Origin: a virus
IMG/VR virus record: IMGVR_UViG_3300043811_000021
Span: 1 to 64,000 of that record
Reading direction: 5' to 3' (one strand)
Length of the DNA stretch: 64,000 nucleotides
Both the position numbers and the translations under genes were made by a program. Shown in pieces: positions 60,026 to 64,000 of the stretch (positions are counted from its first letter, which is position 1; each line of letters begins with the position of its first letter). Under the pieces are notes generated by a model. That model searched no databases and was not told the DNA's origin. It saw only the letters and a program-made list of their open reading frames with translations.

Positions 60026-60481
60026 TTATTCACTTTTCCGCAAGTCACACACTCCGGTTTCCTGTCCACCGTTCCCGCCGCCCAGCTTGCTCCAATTGCA
60101 ATCCTTGAGGGCTAGGCGAATACGATGCAGCATGAACCATGCCGTCTTCTGTGTGACCTCAATCGCCCGCATGATCTCGTAGGAACTAACGCCGTTCTTG
60201 CAATTCACTACCAGCCAAACGGCGGTCAGCCATTTATCGAGCGGCACAGGAGAATCCTCGAACACACTCTGAGTCTTCACACTGAATTGCTTGTGGCACT
60301 CTTTCGCCATGCACTTCCATATCCGGCGAGAGGACAGATAGGAAACTCTCTTGCTCTCACAGTGCGGGCAGGTGACACCGTTAGGCCAGCGCATCGACGC
60401 AACGAAATCGACACACACGTTCGGGTCTTGGAAATACCGCGTTGCGGCAAGTAAGCTCTTGGGTAGTCTTTCTTTACTCAT
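60026..60481 (-). pseudogene. Truncated IS1595-family transposase
   Basis: RWPNG..CPHC zinc ribbon, FSVK...FEDS..PL.KW, KTAWFMLHRIR; the catalytic domain is missing. Confidence 0.8.
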
Positions 60482-60726
60482 TCTTCACCTCACAGAATCA
60501 AAGAAAACGTTGCGGCTGTCTCCGTAGAGGTGTATTATTTCTACAGAGAGAAGCCCTTATGACTCCCCGCGCAACCATGCGCAGGGAGCCTGAAAGGCCA
60601 TAGACTCCGGTGTTAGAGCACCATTGCCTGTGGGTACTACCGTGTGAAAGTACATTTTGCTTCTCCTCGGTCCTTAAATTAGCTTGCTAGGCTGTGGACC
60701 GAATCCGTTGTACCGAAGCCCCGGCC

Positions 60727-61158
60727 TTAAGCTGGGGTTTCGTTTTTATCCTCCCTTTTATTGGCAATGTAGCGATGCGGATCACGGCCCCGGCCTTGGT
60801 GCGTCCGCGTGATCCGTCCAGCCTGCATGAGAGCGATGAGCGACCACCCTACTGCGTTCATAGCGGCATCAGGTTTTTCTGGGAGACGAACCAGTGCACC
60901 GAGTTGAATTGCCGAAAGGACACTCCGCGAGGTCCACTCGGTTTCCGGCGAAGAATTCACCAATTGCAGAACGACAGACTCCATTTCACTCAGTTCGCCC
61001 CGGACAGTTTTTGCTTGGACAGTGACTAGATTTCCATCTTTGCCAACAAAGACAAAATCGTATCCGGGATAACGCTGCTTGAGGCGTGTCAGATCATCGC
61101 TATCCCTGCGGATTTCCCGCTCAGCGGCTTCGATTGGATTTATGGGAGCTGCGTTCAT
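60727..61158 (-). CDS. Hypothetical protein, possible IS passenger
   Basis: AAGGA RBS; winged-helix-like C-terminus. Confidence 0.5.
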   Translation of the reverse strand: MNAAPINPIEAAEREIRRDSDDLTRLKQRYPGYDFVFVGKDGNLVTVQAKTVRGELSEMESVVLQLVNSSPETEWTSRSVLSAIQLGALVRLPEKPDAAMNAVGWSLIALMQAGRITRTHQGRGRDPHRYIANKREDKNETPA

Positions 61159-61346
61159 TCCTTAATCGTAAACATGGATTCATGGAATGTCAAGCCTTAC
61201 GGTGGAAAGTTTTCATGGAAATCATGGATTATCCTGCGCTTTCCTACGCAACGGCATAGTCCTAAATCACGCCGCTACGAGGGTTGTATCCGCTCGGCTG
61301 TAAACCGAAGTCAACAGATTTTATTTGTATGGTGCGTCAACGATAT

Positions 61347-62009
61347 TTATGCCGATTTAACCTCTTTCAGATGAGCAACCTCTATGTATCGCGAATATCT
61401 ACATACCGCACAGAATTTCGGTCGTCCGCTTTTATCATATATCGTTTCAGCATCTCTACGAATAGATGAACGCGCTGACTGCCAATTAGACCGCCTCGCG
61501 AATAGTTCATCCTTCGTTAATTGTCCGATACTGATTGGTCGCTTCACTCTCTCTGCGCACGATGGGCAGTATTTATGAGATTTATAATCTTCCGTCCTGT
61601 AAAATACGTCCCCACATATTTTGCAGTGGCATCCAGTTCTTAGTTTTTTGCCGACAAATACAGAAGAGCACTTTCGGTCACAGAAGTTTCTTTTATTTAT
61701 CTGAGAGATTTTCTCCCTCGGCTTGAGAATTAGAATCCTTCCACACTCCTTGCATATTTTTGGGTTAGAGTAATAGAGATCAATTGCTTCTTGTCTAGCT
61801 AAAATATTTCCATTTGGTATGTAGTTTGGGTGCTCTTTTTTATATCTCTCTTTATCTCTTTCAGTCAGATATTCCCTGTGATCTTCTCGATACTTCTTCT
61901 GGTATGCGCGGCGGCATTCCATGCATCTTTCTGTCGATATTGGGATTTCATGAAGGCGCTTTTGGCAAAACTTCGTTAATCCTGAAAACATTTCTTGACC
62001 ATGCTTCAT
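61347..62009 (-). pseudogene. C-terminally truncated HNH-like protein
   Basis: Several zinc fingers, then CAVC.Y...IEVAH and a stop before the HNH motif is complete. Confidence 0.6.
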
Positions 62010-62145
62010 ATTCTCTCCTCAGATTGGCGTGGCAGTAGCCTACGCTGATTAAATTCAGTGTTTTCATACCTATTCCTCTTTTTTTTGGTTTTCCTGCTGC
62101 TTAACGTGTTGCAGGAGCCACGGAATAATTTAGTGTAGCACGGAA

Positions 62146-62490
62146 CTACGGAAACCGAGCAATACCAGGAACTTGATCGAATCCAGTCACTCCTTCTCGC
62201 TTCAAAAGCCTCCAACCTCCATCACCTATCCGCATCACTTCTCCACTGTCTATTTCCTCAATCGGATTCGTAACCTTTCTCCAATTCTCGCAAGTGCATT
62301 TGAATTGCATTGAAACAGGAAGAGGACATGGCTCTCCTAGATGCGATTCTTCATTATCACCACAACATCTACGCATATTACATGGAGGGATACATCCACC
62401 AACTAAAACAGCGCCCTGTTTGACAAGACGCTGCGCTTCGGCTCCAGAACGGGCCATTCCAGTTTCCGTTAGTGCCTTAGATAATTTCAT
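62146..62490 (-). CDS. Stand-alone S4 RNA-binding domain protein with Cys-rich insert
   Basis: L.ETG.A.S..EA.RLV.QGAV.V.G motif resembling the TyrRS C-terminal S4 domain; later RKV...E.......RIG. Confidence 0.7.
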   Translation of the reverse strand: MKLSKALTETGMARSGAEAQRLVKQGAVLVGGCIPPCNMRRCCGDNEESHLGEPCPLPVSMQFKCTCENWRKVTNPIEEIDSGEVMRIGDGGWRLLKREGVTGFDQVPGIARFP

Positions 62491-62507
62491 TTCCTCTCCC
62501 TAAAGTA

Positions 62508-62594
62508 TGGTGCAGGCGGTGTGAATCGAACACACTATGCCCCGGAGGACGCTTGATTTACAGTCAAGGAGGCTACCATTAGCCCAACGCCTGC
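62508..62594 (-). tRNA. tRNA-Tyr(GTA)
   Basis: CTTGA-CTGTAAA-TCAAG, long variable arm, CCA. Confidence 0.9.
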
Positions 62595-62600
62595 ACATCA

Positions 62601-62687
62601 TGGAGGAGAGGACGCGAGTCGAACGCGCAGTACCTTTCAGTACGTCTGATTTCAAATCAGGTCGGCTTGCCCATGCCGAACCTCTCC
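62601..62687 (-). tRNA. tRNA-Ser(TGA)
   Basis: TT-TGA-AA loop, long variable arm, CCA. Confidence 0.88.
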
Positions 62688-62692
62688 AAATT

Positions 62693-62780
62693 TGGCGGTA
62701 GCAGGATGAGTTGAACATCCAATAGCTTTCACTATGTCTCGCTTCGAACGAGGTGGGCTTGCCACATGCCCAATGCTACC
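62693..62780 (-). tRNA. tRNA-Ser(CGA)
   Basis: TT-CGA-AG loop, long variable arm, G73, CCA. Confidence 0.88.
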
Positions 62781-62784
62781 AAAA

Positions 62785-62870
62785 TGGCGGAAAGTTAGGT
62801 ACTCGAAACCTACACCTCGCGGTGCTCACCGATTTCCAATCGGGTCCCATCCCTGACGGGTTAACTTTCC
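62785..62870 (-). tRNA. tRNA-Ser(GGA)
   Basis: TT-GGA-AA loop, long variable arm, G73, CCA. Confidence 0.88.
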
Positions 62871-62874
62871 AAAC

Positions 62875-62960
62875 TGGCGGAGCGTACTGAAGTCGAATCA
62901 GTTCAGGCTTTCACCTGTACGGTTTAGCAAACCGCTGCATTTCCGTCCTGCCCACGCTCC
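62875..62960 (-). tRNA. tRNA-Ser(GCT)
   Basis: TT-GCT-AA loop, long variable arm, G73, CCA. Confidence 0.88.
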
Positions 62961-62961
62961 G

Positions 62962-63039
62962 TGGTCCTCGCACCCGGACTCGAACCGGGAATATGACACG
63001 CTTTTTGAGAGCGCCGCTCTTCCATTTCGCCATGCGAGG
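62962..63039 (-). tRNA. tRNA-Leu(CAA), short variable region
   Basis: GCGCT-CTCAAAA-AGCGT, A73, CCA. Confidence 0.85.
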
Positions 63040-63052
63040 TACTTCTAAACTA

Positions 63053-63135
63053 TGGTGCCCGCAGAGGGACTCGAACCCCCACCCCGAAAGACCTGTTCCT
63101 AAGACAGGCGCGGCTGCCAATTACGCCATGCGGGC
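63053..63135 (-). tRNA. tRNA-Leu(TAG)
   Basis: CCTGT-CTTAGGA-ACAGG, CCA. Confidence 0.9.
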
Positions 63136-63147
63136 ACATCTTAAACT

Positions 63148-63222
63148 TGGAGTACCGGGAGAGAGTCGAACTCTCCAAAACTTGCTTTGCAGGCAAGACC
63201 TTAGCCGATTAGGTTCCGGTAC
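63148..63222 (-). tRNA. tRNA-Cys(GCA)
   Basis: CTTGC-CTGCAAA-GCAAG, U73, CCA. Confidence 0.9.
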
Positions 63223-63223
63223 A

Positions 63224-63306
63224 TGGTGCGGGATAAGGGACTCGAACCCTTACGATTTCTCCACGGATTTTAAGTCCGTTATGGCTCCCAGTTTCATCAA
63301 TCCCGC
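63224..63306 (-). tRNA. tRNA-Leu(TAA)
   Basis: ACGGA-CTTAAAA-TCCGT, CCA. Confidence 0.9.
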
Positions 63307-63337
63307 AAAACTAAAAAGCCCCCATTTCTGGAGGCTT
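63307..63337 (-). terminator. Attenuator terminator of tRNA block C
   Basis: AAGCCTCCA-GAAA-TGGGGGCTT-TTTAGTTTT. Confidence 0.85.
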
Positions 63338-63362
63338 CTGGTAAAAATCCTGAACTTGGACT

Positions 63363-63434
63363 CTATCCCATAGCCTCTCTCGCACTCAGACTGAGTGAAT
63401 ACGATGATAAAGATAGGGAGCACAAGTTGTTCAT
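63363..63434 (-). CDS. Leader peptide C (MNNLCSLSLSSYSLSLSAREAMG)
   Basis: 14 consecutive Leu/Cys/Ser/Tyr codons matching the 9 downstream tRNAs. Confidence 0.88.
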   Translation of the reverse strand: MNNLCSLSLSSYSLSLSAREAMG

Positions 63435-63440
63435 GTATTG

Positions 63441-63469
63441 ATCCTCTCATAGATTCAGGATGTTGTCAA
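63441..63469 (-). promoter_or_regulatory. Promoter of tRNA block C
   Basis: TTGACA-17 bp-(TGn)GAGGAT, ATG 6 nt downstream as in block B; GAGG could instead act as an RBS. Confidence 0.6.
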
Positions 63470-63695
63470 GACTTCTTTTTTGTTATTTTCGTTATCCGCA
63501 CATTCTTTAGTTTTGAACGGACAATTCTCGCCAGACGTGCGATCTCCTTGAGTTTTTCTCCCTTCCATATTTCTTCGTCCGCCAAAAGAACTCTTCCGTG
63601 CTTATCTGTAGATAATTTTAATATCGCAGATGTGATGTCAGGTATTGAGTCTTTCTTTGTGTACTTCTTCTTCAGGATTATCGCCATATATCTCC

Positions 63696-63989
63696 TCAAT
63701 CCGGGTACTTAACTTTGTCTGGATTTTCCTTTTGCCAGTCCGAAAATTGCGCAGCAAAATGAGCCACTTCATCTGCCTGTTCATCTAAACTCGATGCAAG
63801 ATTTATGGCCTCTTCCTCAGTCAGGTTCTTGTCGCGTTCTACCCATTCTGACAATTGCTGCAATAGAACAGCGTATTGTCTCACAGCCTGTACTGAAAGG
63901 CGATCCTGAGCGCGAATGAAAAAGTACGGCTCCCCTTTATGTAGCCTTAGTAGTGGGTTTTCGTTTGCATATTTACCTGTCTTTGGCAT
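63696..63989 (-). CDS. Conserved phage hypothetical protein
   Basis: EP.F..RAQD......V..YA motif; AGGAG RBS. Confidence 0.6.
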   Translation of the reverse strand: MPKTGKYANENPLLRLHKGEPYFFIRAQDRLSVQAVRQYAVLLQQLSEWVERDKNLTEEEAINLASSLDEQADEVAHFAAQFSDWQKENPDKVKYPD

Positions 63990-64000
63990 TTACTCTCCTG

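Overview
A 64 kb segment of a large dsDNA phage or phage-like element, standard genetic code, with no virion genes in this window. DnaB N-terminal residues resemble Acidobacteriaceae DnaB as I recall it, suggesting an Acidobacteria host (not searched). Layout: (1) 1-13.7 kb rightward small genes (ParB-like, N6-MTase, DUF262, serine recombinase); (2) 13.9-34.2 kb leftward recombination and accessory genes (DUF2829/Tad2-like, SbcC-like ATPase, PD-(D/E)XK exonuclease, radical SAM, TPM, PspA, ACP, AAA ATPase); (3) 34.5-48.6 kb rightward replication and nucleotide genes (initiator, DnaB-N/RecA-fold helicase, DUF5131, dCTP deaminase, split C5-MTase, DUF6745); (4) 48.7-64 kb leftward RNA-rich region with 32 tRNA or tRNA-like genes in three blocks. 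Main finding: each tRNA block is preceded by an unannotated 21-23 aa leader ORF plus terminator/antiterminator hairpins, and the leader codons match the anticodons of that block. This suggests attenuators that switch on replacement tRNAs when those tRNAs are depleted. Second finding: an operon of six structured RNAs sharing an ACN/TACAY/GAYAC motif, some fused to tRNA bodies (one with a UCA anticodon), upstream of HNH and Ro60/TROVE-VWA-like genes. All structures were paired by eye; no folding software or database searches were run.
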